From an uncultured Chloroflexia bacterium (lineage in GTDB: Bacteria > Chloroflexota > Anaerolineae > Fen-1058): a stretch of 64,000 nt of DNA. Of the stretch, positions 32,299 through 44,247 are shown one piece after another; position 1 is the first letter of the stretch; each line of letters starts with the position of its first letter. The notes beneath the pieces were generated by a model. The model searched no databases and was not told where the DNA came from. It was given only the letters and a program-made list of their open reading frames with translations. The stretch lies in NCBI GenBank assembly GCA_963844815.1, contig CAWJPR010000003.1:146419-210418 (forward strand), read 5' to 3'. The position numbers and the translations under genes are program-made.

Positions 32299-33240
32299 TT
32301 GCGTCTTGCATCCCGCAGCTTGCATCCTGCTTGTGGTGAGTCGTCTGTGCTCGCTGCCTGTGCGCCGGCCAGCGCCGCCTCATCACCTCTGCCGACATTG
32401 GCCGCACCGTGGCTGGCGACGCGCACGCCGCTTGCGACGATCACGCCTGACCTCACGGCGACTCTGCCCGCGCCGCAACCGTCGCCCACCTTGATGCCGA
32501 CTGTCGCGCCGATCACGGCCGAGGGATGGCAGCCCATCCGATTGGGCGTCTCTGTCCGCGAGATGATGGCTGACCCGATCGGAAAGACCGGGCGCGTGGA
32601 TGTCGTCAGGATCGATCCGTCGCTAGTTGATTTTCACGTGACCTATCAACCGGAGTCGCCGCTGACCGTGCGCGAGTGGTACAGCGCCACGCAGGCCCTG
32701 GTCGTGATCAACAGCAGCTTCTTTGACAAGGCACACAACGCGGTCGGACAGCTGACCAGCGACGGTCAGAGCGGCGGGCAGTCGCATCAACGCATGGAAG
32801 GCGCGTTCTATCTCACCGGCGTCGGCGCGGCCGTGTGGCCGCTGCGCGGCTGGACCAAACCGGCGGGCCTGCAGATCATCGAATCGATCGAATCATTTCC
32901 GATGCTGTTACTGCCGGGCGGAATCGTCAATCCTGAAATCCCCGACGATGCGCGTACCGCGCGGCGCACGGTGATTGCCGCGGATCGATCGGGCAACTTG
33001 CTGTTCGTCGCCACGCCCTCGAGCTCGTTTACGCTGCATGGCCTGGCGGTGTGGCTCGCCAACAGCGATCTCGACATCGACACGGCGCTGAACTTTGACG
33101 GCGGCAGTTCGTCGGGCATTGCCGCGTGGACGCCGACCCACGTGTGGGGCTTTGATTCGGTGGGGCGCGTGCCGGCGGTGGTCACAGTGGACGTGAAAGT
33201 GCTGGGCACGGTCGGGCCGGGCGGTGGCGAATGGCCGTAA
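32299..33240 (+). CDS. Phosphodiester glycosidase family (DUF2233/NAGPA-like) secreted protein.
   Basis: The family patterns VVINSSFFD...FPMLLLPGG...LNFDGGSSSG are present. The true start or signal peptide may lie upstream in another frame. Confidence 0.55.
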   Translation: MRLASRSLHPACGESSVLAACAPASAASSPLPTLAAPWLATRTPLATITPDLTATLPAPQPSPTLMPTVAPITAEGWQPIRLGVSVREMMADPIGKTGRVDVVRIDPSLVDFHVTYQPESPLTVREWYSATQALVVINSSFFDKAHNAVGQLTSDGQSGGQSHQRMEGAFYLTGVGAAVWPLRGWTKPAGLQIIESIESFPMLLLPGGIVNPEIPDDARTARRTVIAADRSGNLLFVATPSSSFTLHGLAVWLANSDLDIDTALNFDGGSSSGIAAWTPTHVWGFDSVGRVPAVVTVDVKVLGTVGPGGGEWP

Positions 33241-34099
33241 ACCCAGCCTGGCTCACACGCCGCGCCCGCGTGGTGCGCAGACGCACCGCGCGAATCACCA
33301 GCCGGCTGCTCCTGGCGATTAGCCTGCTGGTCTCGTGCGGCTGCTCGATCGCTCAACGCACACCGACGGTGGTCATGCCACCGCCGAGCCTACCCCGCCC
33401 CACGGCTACTTCCGCGCCGCGTGATACAGGTTGGCAGTCGATCGGGGCAGGTGTGGAATATCGCGAACTCCAGATCGAGCAGGGGGATCGCTCTACGCTT
33501 CGCTGCGGATCGATCCGGCGCAGACTCGTCTGCGCGTGCTCTATGATCCCGATCGGCCCCGGCGCGTCAGCGCATGGCTGTCCGAATCCAGGGCGCTCGT
33601 CGCCGTCAACGGCAACTTCTTCGATCCGCAGAACCATGCGCTGGGTCTGGTGATTCAGGACGGGCAGAGGCGCGACGGCGTGGTCTATCAAGGCTTCGGC
33701 GGCATGCTGGCGGTGAGCGGCGACGAGGTGCGCGTGCGCTGGAACGTGCAGGAGCCGTATAACGGCGAGCCATTGACTTACGCGCTGCAGAATTTTCCGA
33801 TGCTGGTGCTGCCCGGCGGCTCGCCGAACCTGGAGATCGACGACAACGGGCGGGCTGCACCGCGCACCGCCGTGGCGCAAGATCGATCGGGGCGCCTCAT
33901 CTTCGTCGTGAGTCCCCTGCCAGCCTTCACGCTGACGGAATTTGGCCAGTGGCTAGCGGCGAGCGATCTTGATCTGGAGGCGGCGCTGAATCTGGATGGC
34001 GGCACATCGTCGGGACTGGTGCTGCGATCGGGCAACCGGAACCTCGGCACGGATTCGTGGGTGGAAGTGCCGAATGTGATTGTGGCGGAGAAACGTTGA
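33231..34099 (+). CDS. Phosphodiester glycosidase family lipoprotein, a tandem paralog, with a frameshift near 33475.
   Basis: A lipoprotein signal (LLLAISLLVSCGCS) is followed by VAVNGNFFD...FPMLVLPGG...LNLDGGTSSG. Frame changes occur at a ggggg run. Confidence 0.55.
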
Positions 34100-34103
34100 C
34101 AGG

Positions 34104-34883
34104 TTATTCAAAACGCGCAATACGCAGCGTGAAGCGCCGCTCTTCGGTGATCGGTTTATCCAGCGGGCCGATTTCTTGCTGGCACCAGGTAGTGAGCTCT
34201 TTGAAAGTCGCCTCAAACACTTCGTCGGGCACATCCCACGCATCGGAACAGACACGGCTATGGATCTGGTCCAGCCGTTCGCGGGGTGTGGCGGTGGCAC
34301 TGTACCGCAGCACTTCCACGGCTTCCACCTGTCCGCCCACCCTCTGCAATTCGGCGTCGAGCTCGGGATGGGTTTGCACGCCGGGCCGCCGCCACTGCGC
34401 GCCCTGCGCCTCAACCAGCGCGCGCCAGTGATCGCGAATGCGCGTCAGTTGCGATGAGACAGCGTGCCATTGCACGCTGTCGATGTAGACGCCGCCCGGC
34501 TTGAGCACGCGCCGATATTCGCGCAGCGCTTCGCGCCACGGCCCGATCAGATGCATCACATGGGTGGTCAGCACGGCGTCGAACTGCCGGTCCGCGAAGG
34601 GCAGGCGCGCGGCATCGGCTTGCGCCACAGGGGCGGCGGGATACTTCTGGCGCAGCCTGCCCATCATGTTCAACGACAGATCGATGCCGGTGACGTCCGC
34701 GCCCAGACGCAGCAGCGGCACGCTGATCCGGCCCGTGCCGGTGCCTACATCCAGAATCCTGCCGTGAGGCGCGAGGTGCTGCAACACTGCGGGGATGCCG
34801 TGGGTCGCAATCGGTTCCGGCAGTTCACGGGTCTGATCGTAGTAGTCGGCGGCGCGATCGAAGGAGCGGCTGGGTTGGGTCAT
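34104..34883 (-). CDS. Class I SAM-dependent methyltransferase.
   Basis: The SAM motif ILDVGTGTGRISVPL is present. Confidence 0.78.
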   Translation of the reverse strand: MTQPSRSFDRAADYYDQTRELPEPIATHGIPAVLQHLAPHGRILDVGTGTGRISVPLLRLGADVTGIDLSLNMMGRLRQKYPAAPVAQADAARLPFADRQFDAVLTTHVMHLIGPWREALREYRRVLKPGGVYIDSVQWHAVSSQLTRIRDHWRALVEAQGAQWRRPGVQTHPELDAELQRVGGQVEAVEVLRYSATATPRERLDQIHSRVCSDAWDVPDEVFEATFKELTTWCQQEIGPLDKPITEERRFTLRIARFE

Positions 34884-35233
34884 GGCAGTCCAAGCGCAGC
34901 CAGAATGGTCTCAACTTCATCCAGGAAGTGCGGCAATTCTGTGGGAAGTCGACCTTCTGCGCTGGTGTCGTGTGCCTCGGGCGAGGCACTCGTGTGCTGA
35001 TGCCACACGCCGGCGACTTGATCGCGAGCGTATACACGCTGGTTGTTATGGATCAGAGCAAAGTTCGTCGTGTCAAAGCGGTCGTTGCGATAGACTTGTA
35101 CAAAGAGATCGGGCGCGATATGCAGCCGGGCTTTTATGAGATTGGCGCTTTGATCGAGAATCTCCACGCGCCGCAGGTAGGCCCGGCGCGCCGCTTCGTT
35201 TTGCAAGGCTGCCGCCAACTGCGCGACGTTCAT
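34880..35233 (-). CDS. Hypothetical small protein. It is the downstream member of an overlapping pair, possibly a toxin-like component.
   Basis: A 117-aa product. A 4-nt overlap joins it to the upstream ORF and the methyltransferase start. Confidence 0.4.
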   Translation of the reverse strand: MNVAQLAAALQNEAARRAYLRRVEILDQSANLIKARLHIAPDLFVQVYRNDRFDTTNFALIHNNQRVYARDQVAGVWHQHTSASPEAHDTSAEGRLPTELPHFLDEVETILAALGLP

Positions 35234-35565
35234 GCCGCTTCGCTCAGCTGCTTCAGGCGTTCGATTTCCTCTGCCATGTCACTGACGCCCGTGACCGCCA
35301 GCTCCCAGTCAAAGTAATCTTGTTCCATTTCACCAGAGATATCTTCGCCCGCGACGGCTGCGCGTACCGCGTCGAATCCCTGCGGGTACTTCGCTTCGAA
35401 CTGGCGCGTGGCCGTCTGATATCTGATGAGATTCTTTTGAGCGCGTTCTAGTAGCAACTCGGCCATTGCCTGATCGAGGCTCAGGTTGGGAAATAGGCGG
35501 CGCGCGCTAGCTTCAACGGTCAGATACGCTGCGGCAGTTTCCTTTATTGGCTTTGGCTCGCTCAT
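35230..35565 (-). CDS. Hypothetical small acidic protein. It is the upstream member of the overlapping pair, possibly antitoxin-like.
   Basis: A 111-aa product. Its stop overlaps the next start by 4 nt. Confidence 0.4.
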   Translation of the reverse strand: MSEPKPIKETAAAYLTVEASARRLFPNLSLDQAMAELLLERAQKNLIRYQTATRQFEAKYPQGFDAVRAAVAGEDISGEMEQDYFDWELAVTGVSDMAEEIERLKQLSEAA

Positions 35566-35612
35566 GACTGCCTCCCGCTAAAACCAATTTCTACGAGAGA
35601 GTATAGCACATC

Positions 35613-36520
35613 CTATCGCAGATACCGGCTAGCGACTTCGGCTACCTGACGGCGCACCGGATCGGCGCGCCACTGCCCCAAGACTGGCTTCACCACTTCC
35701 GGTCTGGCCTTGCCTAACTTCACCGTTGCCGAAGCGACTGCGCGCCACACGAAGCGGCGCTCATCCGCGGCCAGATCGGTCAGGAGTTCCATACCTTGTT
35801 CGGCGTACTTGCGCCCGCCCACGGCACTCCAGACCATGGCTACGTTCCAGCGCTCGAATTCGTTCTGGCTGCGGGCGTGTTTGCGCAGCCACTTCAAGGT
35901 GAGGTCGGGGTAGTTCTTCAGCAGCGCCAGGCTGATGGCAAACGGGCCGAGATTGACGCGCACGTAACGCGACTCGTCGCGCATCAACGGATCGAGCAAC
36001 CTCAGCAGCCTGGCGCCGCGCTGGGGATGATTCGCCTTAGCCGCTTCCATCGCGGCGATGACCACCGCCCGCCGCACATTTTCCGATTTGTGCTGTGACC
36101 ATGCCTGCATCACCGGATACACTTCCGCAAAGTGCTGATCGAGAATGCGCCCGGCGCAGACTGCCCGCGTACTCCCGCACGGCCCAGTTGTCGCTGCCGG
36201 CGTGGCGTTGAAGCAGTTGCAGAGCAGCCTGCGGTTTCTGATCGTACACATCGGACAACATGACCAGCCCCAACTGATGCCCGTTGTAATCGCGTCGGGT
36301 CAGCAGGCGCTTGACCCAACCGAATAAATTGCCAGGAGCTTGAAGCGCGCGATCGGATCAGCCGGGCGGCCAGCATGACGTCGGCGCCTTTGGCCGTGCC
36401 GGGATCGGCGCCCACGGCAAAAGCGCCCGATCCGCGTTTGGCTAAAGCCGCGACGACGGCGTCGAGGTCCTCACGTTCAACGGCGGCAGTGAGTTCGCGT
36501 TCGAAGGCGTCCATGGTCAA
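35613..36520 (-). CDS. DNA alkylation repair (AlkC/AlkD-like HEAT) protein, frameshifted in its N-terminal third.
   Basis: The C-terminal 212 aa has the DNA_alkylation HEAT pattern. The N-terminus MTMDAFERELTAAV... and a WAVREYA segment lie in other frames across about 36150-36330. Confidence 0.55.
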
Positions 36521-37032
36521 TCACCATTGAAGCGTATCATCAACCGTCCTTGTTCATCATACTGATAGTGCGCAAAGAAGGGCGGGGCGTTGGACGGTAA
36601 ATCAAGCGCCCGCGGCAGGATCGTCGGCAGGTCTTCCACCAGATCGATCTGCGCCAATTGATCGCGCGCGATCCACTCCAGCGTGCCTTCTTCCGACGGG
36701 ATGGGATCACCCGATCGGGAGGCGGCGGTAAAGACGAAGAGCAGGATGCCGGCCGGCTGATCGCCGTCAATGTTGATCAAGCCGACGAGGCGCAGGCCGT
36801 CAACTTCAAGACTGGTTTCTTCATGGACTTCGCGCCGGGCGGCGGAGTAGATGTCTTCGTCGCGTTCGATGTGTCCGCCGATGCCGTTGTATTTGTTGGC
36901 CCAGATGCGTTTCAGCGGAGAACCGCGCAGCAGCAAGACGCAATCGCCGCGCGCGATGAAGACCAGCGTGCGGGGAATGACAGTGTAACGCTGGCGCTTG
37001 AGGCTGACGTCGATGCCTTGATCAGATATGGG
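36517..37032 (-). CDS. NUDIX hydrolase.
   Basis: The Nudix box GGHIERDEDIYSAARREVHEETSL is present. Confidence 0.85.
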   Translation of the reverse strand, partial: PISDQGIDVSLKRQRYTVIPRTLVFIARGDCVLLLRGSPLKRIWANKYNGIGGHIERDEDIYSAARREVHEETSLEVDGLRLVGLINIDGDQPAGILLFVFTAASRSGDPIPSEEGTLEWIARDQLAQIDLVEDLPTILPRALDLPSNAPPFFAHYQYDEQGRLMIRFNGD

Positions 37033-37096
37033 CATGCTGCGCAACCCATGAAGCTTAAAACATCAGGCGCAAACTGCGGCGAGCGTTTCTGACAGT

Positions 37097-37717
37097 TTAC
37101 ACCGGGCGTGGCACGAACGGCTTCGCCAGCAGCTCTTGCAGGCGTGCTTTCACGCCGGGCCATTCGTCGTCGATGACGCTGAAGTACACCGTGTCGCGCA
37201 GGCGGCCGCTGTCGGTGATCATGTGCTGGCGGAAGATGCCTTCTTCTTTGGCGCCGAGGCGCAAAATGGCCGCGCGCGATCGAGCGTTGAGCACGTCGGT
37301 CTTAAATTCCACGCGGATGCAGTGCCAGACTTCAAAGGCGTGCTGCAGCATCAGGAACTTGGCCTCAGTGTTGACCGGCGTGCGCTGCCACGGCTTTCCG
37401 ATCCACGTCCAGCCAATCTCCACGCGATGATTGGGCGCATCGATGTTGCCAAAGCGGGTGCTGCCCACGATTTCATCAGTGGCCTGCCAGATGGTCACGA
37501 AGGGCAGGGCGACACCCAGTTCTTGCCCGTCGAGTGCGGCGCGGATATACGTCCGCATCTTCTCGCCTGAATTGATTTGATACGGCGCCAGCTTCCACAG
37601 TTCGGCGTCCTGCCCGACTGACCAGAGTGGATCGAAGTGTTCCATCTTCAGCGGTTCGAGCCGGACGTACTGTCCTTGCAGAGTTACTGGTTCAACCGCC
37701 ATCGGCGTATGTTTCAT
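37097..37717 (-). CDS. GNAT acetyltransferase (RimJ/RimL-like, Acetyltransf_3).
   Basis: The start at MKHTPMA is supported by an AAGAGG ribosome-binding site. Family pattern: LEPLKMEHFDPLW...RVEIGWT. Confidence 0.7.
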   Translation of the reverse strand: MKHTPMAVEPVTLQGQYVRLEPLKMEHFDPLWSVGQDAELWKLAPYQINSGEKMRTYIRAALDGQELGVALPFVTIWQATDEIVGSTRFGNIDAPNHRVEIGWTWIGKPWQRTPVNTEAKFLMLQHAFEVWHCIRVEFKTDVLNARSRAAILRLGAKEEGIFRQHMITDSGRLRDTVYFSVIDDEWPGVKARLQELLAKPFVPRPV

Positions 37718-37850
37718 GAGCGGCCTCTTGGAAAGATAACGAATGAGGAGTCTCACAGGGAGGCTGCGCGCTGACGCGTGACGGGAGCACTGCACCGCAT
37801 GGTGTGAGTGAATGGCACACGCTGATTATTCGCGCTTCACATTTCATTCG

Positions 37851-38435
37851 TCACTCATCATAGTAATTGAATTCACCGGCGCTGATTTTGGAGAAAATCA
37901 GCGTGCTGCGGAGTTCGGCGCTCTCGTCTAGGCTATCATGGCGCAGGATGCCTTCCAGCAGGAAGCCGCAGCGCTTCGCAACGGCCGCGCTGCGGATGTT
38001 TTGCGCATCGCAGCGAATCTCCACACGATTGGCGTGCAGGTGCTTGAAGGCAAAGGCGGTGATGCCGTTGACGGCTTCCGTCACGAAACCCTGCCCCATA
38101 AATTTCGTCCGCACCCAGTAACCGGTCTCGAATTTGCCGACCTGCCAATCGATGCGGTGCAGTCCGCTGCTCAGGACCAGCGTGGACGTGCCTTTGAGAT
38201 AGGCGTGCAGCACCAGCTCTTCGCGCGTGATCCATTGGGCCATCACCTGCCGCTGCCGCGCGATCTGGAAGTCGAGCGTCGGCGGTTCCTTCGCCCACGG
38301 CATCCACGGGCGCAGCTCCGGCAGCGATTCGTTCACGGCCTCGACGATTTCCTGCGCGTCTTCCACGCGCGGCGCGCGAATGGTCAGGCGTTCGGTATCG
38401 AAGGTCTCAGGAAAATCGAGCAGGAGTGGATTCAT
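37851..38435 (-). CDS. GNAT acetyltransferase (RimJ/RimL-like).
   Basis: The product reads MNPLLLDFPETFDTERLTIRAPRVEDAQEI...RVEIRCDAQNIRSAAVAKRCGF. Confidence 0.7.
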   Translation of the reverse strand: MNPLLLDFPETFDTERLTIRAPRVEDAQEIVEAVNESLPELRPWMPWAKEPPTLDFQIARQRQVMAQWITREELVLHAYLKGTSTLVLSSGLHRIDWQVGKFETGYWVRTKFMGQGFVTEAVNGITAFAFKHLHANRVEIRCDAQNIRSAAVAKRCGFLLEGILRHDSLDESAELRSTLIFSKISAGEFNYYDE

Positions 38436-38504
38436 GAACTCGCTCAGAACAGATGGGACACGGATCTTCGCGGATGCCACGGATGCAAGCCTCATCCGTG
38501 TTCA

Positions 38505-39908
<1,404 letters not shown>

Positions 39909-39965
39909 CTAGCGATTCCCACAGGGAAGCTTCGCGCCGACGAGTGACGAGCGATGCGCCTCCTC

Positions 39966-40793
39966 TCACTTCACATTCCGCACCAGAAAATCCACATTCC
40001 CGCAGCTCTTCGCCGCATCCTTCTGAATCTCTGTGCTGCACGCGGTCGGCTGGCCGTCGCGCGAGAAGCACACGACCAATTCTTTCAGGAACCGCCCTGA
40101 TCCCGAACACTGCACGGCCAGCGCGTCCTCGCTCAGCGACGAATTCACATCCACGAAGGCCGTCTTCAGGTCATCCACGGTGGCGCGAAACGCTCTGGCA
40201 GGATTGCGATAGGCCGGAGGGATCACGATCGATTCTTTTAGCGACTGGGAGAGTGTTAGGTACTCGAGAGGCTTCAAGCCGGAGCAGGTGCCGTGCTTGT
40301 CCCATTCGTGTGTGTACAACTTGGCGTTAGGGTAGAGATTGGGGAACTTTGCTTGAACGTCTTGGGGAAAGGTTACGTTGGAGCAGTCGCTAGGATAGCC
40401 GCGCGTGTATTGCGGCCACAGGCCGTGCAGCACAAAGCCCAGTTTCTTGCCCAGGCGGCACTGCTGCGGATCGTCGACGTTGGTGCCCGCGCAGTAATCG
40501 GGCGACCACGACAGGTCCATCGCGTAGAAATCGAAATCCCCGGGCGTGTTCTTGACGCGCCTGCCCGCGGTTGGCGTGGGCGCAACGTTTTTGGTCGCCG
40601 CCCGCGTCGACTTCTTCGCCGGCTGTGCTTCAGCGACAGCCGCCGCGAATGTAGATGAGCCGGATAACGTGTGCTTGATGTCCTGCGTATCTGACGGGTT
40701 GCAGGCTGCCAGACTCAGCATCAGCAGCAATAACAGAACTCGAGTTAAGCTCCTGCGTTTCAAGTGGATCACTGTGCGTTCTCTCCAACGCAA
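39966..40793 (-). CDS. Ribonuclease T2 family lipoprotein.
   Basis: The CAS I motif FVLHGLWPQ and CAS II motif HEWDKHGTC are present, plus a signal peptide with a lipobox (LLLLLMLSLAAC). Confidence 0.8.
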   Translation of the reverse strand: MRWRERTVIHLKRRSLTRVLLLLLMLSLAACNPSDTQDIKHTLSGSSTFAAAVAEAQPAKKSTRAATKNVAPTPTAGRRVKNTPGDFDFYAMDLSWSPDYCAGTNVDDPQQCRLGKKLGFVLHGLWPQYTRGYPSDCSNVTFPQDVQAKFPNLYPNAKLYTHEWDKHGTCSGLKPLEYLTLSQSLKESIVIPPAYRNPARAFRATVDDLKTAFVDVNSSLSEDALAVQCSGSGRFLKELVVCFSRDGQPTACSTEIQKDAAKSCGNVDFLVRNVK

Positions 40794-40951
40794 GTACCGA
40801 GCTGGCTGACGGTTTCACCCCCGAGCAGAGCGAGGGATCTTTACGCCTGGGTAGTGAGATTCCTCGCCTCGCTCGGAATGACACGACCTTCGAACCTGTC
40901 AGTACATATTGCGCGTTACGCATTACACATTACGCACCACGCAATATCGTA

Positions 40952-42110
40952 TTACGCTTCCCGCTCAAAAATATGCGTCACCACGTTCGAGCCGCTGCCG
41001 CCGATGTTCTGCGTCATGCCGAGGGTTGCCTCTTTGACCTGATTCTTGCCCGCCATGCCGCGCAGCTGCACCAGCGCTTCGACGATCTGGTACATCCCTG
41101 TCGCGCCGACTGGATGTCCGCGCGCCTTCAATCCGCCCATCGTGCAGATCGGCAGCCTGCCACCGATGCTGATCTCGCCGTCGAGGCCAAGGCGCACGCC
41201 CTGGCCGGGTTCGGCAAAGCCGCTCGCTTCCAGGCTGGCCACCGCCGTAATCGAAAAGGCATCGTGCACTTCAAAGAAATCAATGTCGGCGGGCGTCAAC
41301 TTCGCTTGCTCGAACGCTTTCTTCGCTGAGGCTGCCACTGCTTCCAATCCCAGCAAGTTGTGCCGATCGTGCAGCGCCAAACTGTCGGTGGCTACCGCGC
41401 TGCCGCGCACCTTGATCTGGAATGGGCTGAATTGCCGCGCAATCTCGGTCGGAACCAGCACGACCGCCGCTGCGCCATCGCACACTGGCGAGCAGTCCAG
41501 CAAGCTTGATCGGATCCGCGATCATGCGGGCTTTGTTGAACTGCTCCCGGGTCAGCTCATAGCGCAGCATGGCGTTGGGGTTGTTGACGGCGTTGTGATG
41601 CGAATTGATCGGGAACGGCGCAAAGTCTTCGTGCTGGACGCCGTACTCGTGCATGTAACGCTGCATCAGGCGCGCATTGATGGCGACGAAGGTATCTCCC
41701 ATCGCCGATTCCCAGTCTGCATCCGACGCGCTGACCAGCCCTTCGGTGATTTCTTCGCCCGGATGGTCGAGCATCTTTTCCACGCCGCACACCAGGGCGA
41801 AGTTGACTTGTCCGCTCGCCACGGCCAGATAGCCTTCCCGAAAAGCCACGCCGCCCGACGAGCAAGCTGCTTCGACCTTCACGGCTTCCACGCCCGTTAA
41901 GCCGACCTGATCGGCGGCGAGGCTGGCCAGCGAATCTTGTCCGGCCAGCGTACTCGACAGCATGTTGCCGACATATACACTATCGATTTGTTCGACCTGG
42001 GAGTCGCGGATCGCCGCCAGCATGGCTTCGACGGCCAGGATGTAAATGGGCTTTTCCCACAGATCGCCCACGGGCACTTGCCCGATCCCGATGATACTTA
42101 CCTCACGCAT
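40952..42110 (-). CDS. Thiolase-family (SCP-x-type / ketoacyl-CoA thiolase-like) protein, with a 1-nt insertion frameshift near 41515.
   Basis: The N-terminal part (VEAACSSGGVAF) and C-terminal part (CDGAAAVVL...GHPVGATG) lie in adjacent frames. Removing one g in aagcttGctggactgc restores ...DPIKLLDCSPVCDG. Confidence 0.78.
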
Positions 42111-42197
42111 GTTCTTATCCTCGAAGGCCGCGCCCCACGGCGCGGATGGTTGTCGTGCGATTCTACACCTGTTTCACTATCGCACCACGTCACTGCT

Positions 42198-42959
42198 TTA
42201 CTTCCACCAGATGCCGGTGCATTCCGGCGTAATGATCCAATTGTTGCGGCGGGCCATCTCGCCGAGCTCATCATCCCAGAAAAAACTCAACAACTCCACC
42301 GCCTCGTCCAGCGACGCAAACTGATAATCCGTGCGCACCCACATGGAATGGAAGCCCAGATCGTTTTCCAGGACCGCGTAGTAATCGGCGAGCCAGCCGG
42401 CAGGCGGGGCGGGTTCGGCGCAGCCGGTCCCCAGTGTCTCGACGATGATGATCGTGCCGCCGGGACGCAGCACGCGCTGCATCTCAGCGATAGACTGGGT
42501 AATCTGCTGCTGCCAGGTCTCGCCGGTAAACTGCCTGCCCAGATAGCACAATGTCCAACCGGCCAGCGCTACGTCGGCCACCCGATCGGGCAGCGGCGCC
42601 CGCCGGTGATCGGCAGCGACTAAGTACCATGGCAGAGATTCGAACTCGCGGTATTTTCCGGCGGCGATGCGCAGCATATGCGGATTGAGATCGCAGGCAA
42701 TGAGCGACCTGGCCTGCCGGGCGACGAGGGCTGAGAGCCAGCCGGTGCCTGCGCCCCACTCGACGAGGTCGGCGCGATCAAACGATCGGATGGCTGAGAA
42801 CGCCGCAGGCAGCCGCTGCTGGTAATCCTCGCGCGCTTTAAGCCGATCATAGCGATCCGCGTGTTGGCGATAGATGGTGAACGGATCGGACACGGGCGCA
42901 GTATAGCACGCTTCGCGGGGGCATGCCTTGCGACGCCTGCCCCGCCATGTTAGAATCAA
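42198..42959 (-). CDS. Class I SAM-dependent methyltransferase.
   Basis: The SAM motif DLVEWGAGTGWLSALV is present. The true start is probably downstream of the first listed M. Confidence 0.65.
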   Translation of the reverse strand: MILTWRGRRRKACPREACYTAPVSDPFTIYRQHADRYDRLKAREDYQQRLPAAFSAIRSFDRADLVEWGAGTGWLSALVARQARSLIACDLNPHMLRIAAGKYREFESLPWYLVAADHRRAPLPDRVADVALAGWTLCYLGRQFTGETWQQQITQSIAEMQRVLRPGGTIIIVETLGTGCAEPAPPAGWLADYYAVLENDLGFHSMWVRTDYQFASLDEAVELLSFFWDDELGEMARRNNWIITPECTGIWWK

Positions 42960-42986
42960 CGCAGATTCGGTGTGAAGGGGCGCAGT

Positions 42987-44156
42987 ATGCGAGTGTCATT
43001 CCGGCGTATCGCCGGTTTTTTGTTAATTGGCTTGCTGATCGAACTGGCCTTCTTTGCCGGCATCGTGCTGGGCCCGCAATTGACGGGAGTGCTGGCGGGC
43101 CGATCGAGCGGCGGACACGCGCCGTTGCTGAATGAAGCCTGGGATATTGCCGAAAGCCAGTTCTACGGCCAGCAGCCCACCGATCAAGCCCGCACCTATG
43201 GCGCGGTGCGGGGCATGATGGAGTCGTTCCAGGACCCGTATTCGATCTTTGTCGAGCCGCCGCAGACCGAACTGCAGAGCCAGCAGCTCAGCGGCAAATT
43301 CGGCGGCATCGGCGCAAGCGTGCGGCGCGAGAACGGCGGGCGCATCGTGTTGTCGCCGTTTCCCGATCGGCCGGCCGCTCAGGCCGGGGTGAAAGAAGGC
43401 GATGTGCTGATCAAGATCGACGACACGCCGATCGCGCCGGAAACGAAATTCGAAGAGGTGACTTCGCTCCTGCGCGGCGAGGTGGGGACGAAGGTCAATA
43501 TCGAGATCGAGCGATCCGGGCAGCAGCTGGCCTTTGCCATTACGCGCGCCGAGATCAGCGTGCCGTCGGTGACGTGGCGCATTATGTCGCAGACGCCAGA
43601 CGTGGGCTACGTCCGGCTCAACATCTTTGCGCAGACCTCCAAAGACGAATTGATTAAGGCCGTCGCCGATCTGAAGCAGCTGGGGGCCCGGAAACTGATC
43701 TTCGATCTGCGCGACAACGGGGGCGGTTTGCTGGACGCCGCGATCGGCGTGGCCAGCCAGTTCGTCGACGGCAAGGTGGTTAGCGAGAAGCGTCGTGATG
43801 GCGGCCCGCGCGATTTCGCGGCGGAAGCGAATGGCGCGGCGCGCGATCTACCGCTGGTGGTGCTGGTCAACGGCGGAACGGCCAGCGCGTCGGAGATTGT
43901 GGCCGGCGCGATTCAGGACAGGGGACGCGGTGTGCTGGTGGGTGTGAACACCTATGGCAAAGGCTCGGTGCAGAATGTGATTCCCTTGTCGGATGGATCG
44001 TCGCTGCATGTCACCGTGGCCGAATGGCTGACGCCGGACGGGCGGCAGATCACCGGGAAAGGATTGCAGCCCGACGTGTCGGTAGACCTGTCCGCTGATG
44101 ACGCCGCTAACGGGCGCGATCCCCAACTCGATCGGGCCATCACAGCTTTCCGGTGA
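42987..44156 (+). CDS. ctpA: C-terminal processing peptidase (S41, CtpA-like) with a PDZ domain.
   Basis: It has an N-terminal TM helix, a PDZ domain, and the S41 core VLVNGGTASASEIVAGAIQDRGRGVLVGVNTYGKGSVQ. Confidence 0.85.
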   Translation: MRVSFRRIAGFLLIGLLIELAFFAGIVLGPQLTGVLAGRSSGGHAPLLNEAWDIAESQFYGQQPTDQARTYGAVRGMMESFQDPYSIFVEPPQTELQSQQLSGKFGGIGASVRRENGGRIVLSPFPDRPAAQAGVKEGDVLIKIDDTPIAPETKFEEVTSLLRGEVGTKVNIEIERSGQQLAFAITRAEISVPSVTWRIMSQTPDVGYVRLNIFAQTSKDELIKAVADLKQLGARKLIFDLRDNGGGLLDAAIGVASQFVDGKVVSEKRRDGGPRDFAAEANGAARDLPLVVLVNGGTASASEIVAGAIQDRGRGVLVGVNTYGKGSVQNVIPLSDGSSLHVTVAEWLTPDGRQITGKGLQPDVSVDLSADDAANGRDPQLDRAITAFR

Positions 44157-44247
44157 TTCGCGGCAAACCTTCATCAGGTGTTAAGCGCGGCTTAAGGCAG
44201 TGCAGGGACAATTGCTGGAATCCGGATTCCCGTAAGGCAGGCAAACA

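Noticed and set aside
40952-42110. Thiolase interpreted as part of an archaeal-type thiolase/HMG-CoA-synthase/DUF35 complex.
   Set aside because: No DUF35 (OB-fold) or HMG-CoA synthase partner gene is adjacent. It was treated as a standalone thiolase-family gene.
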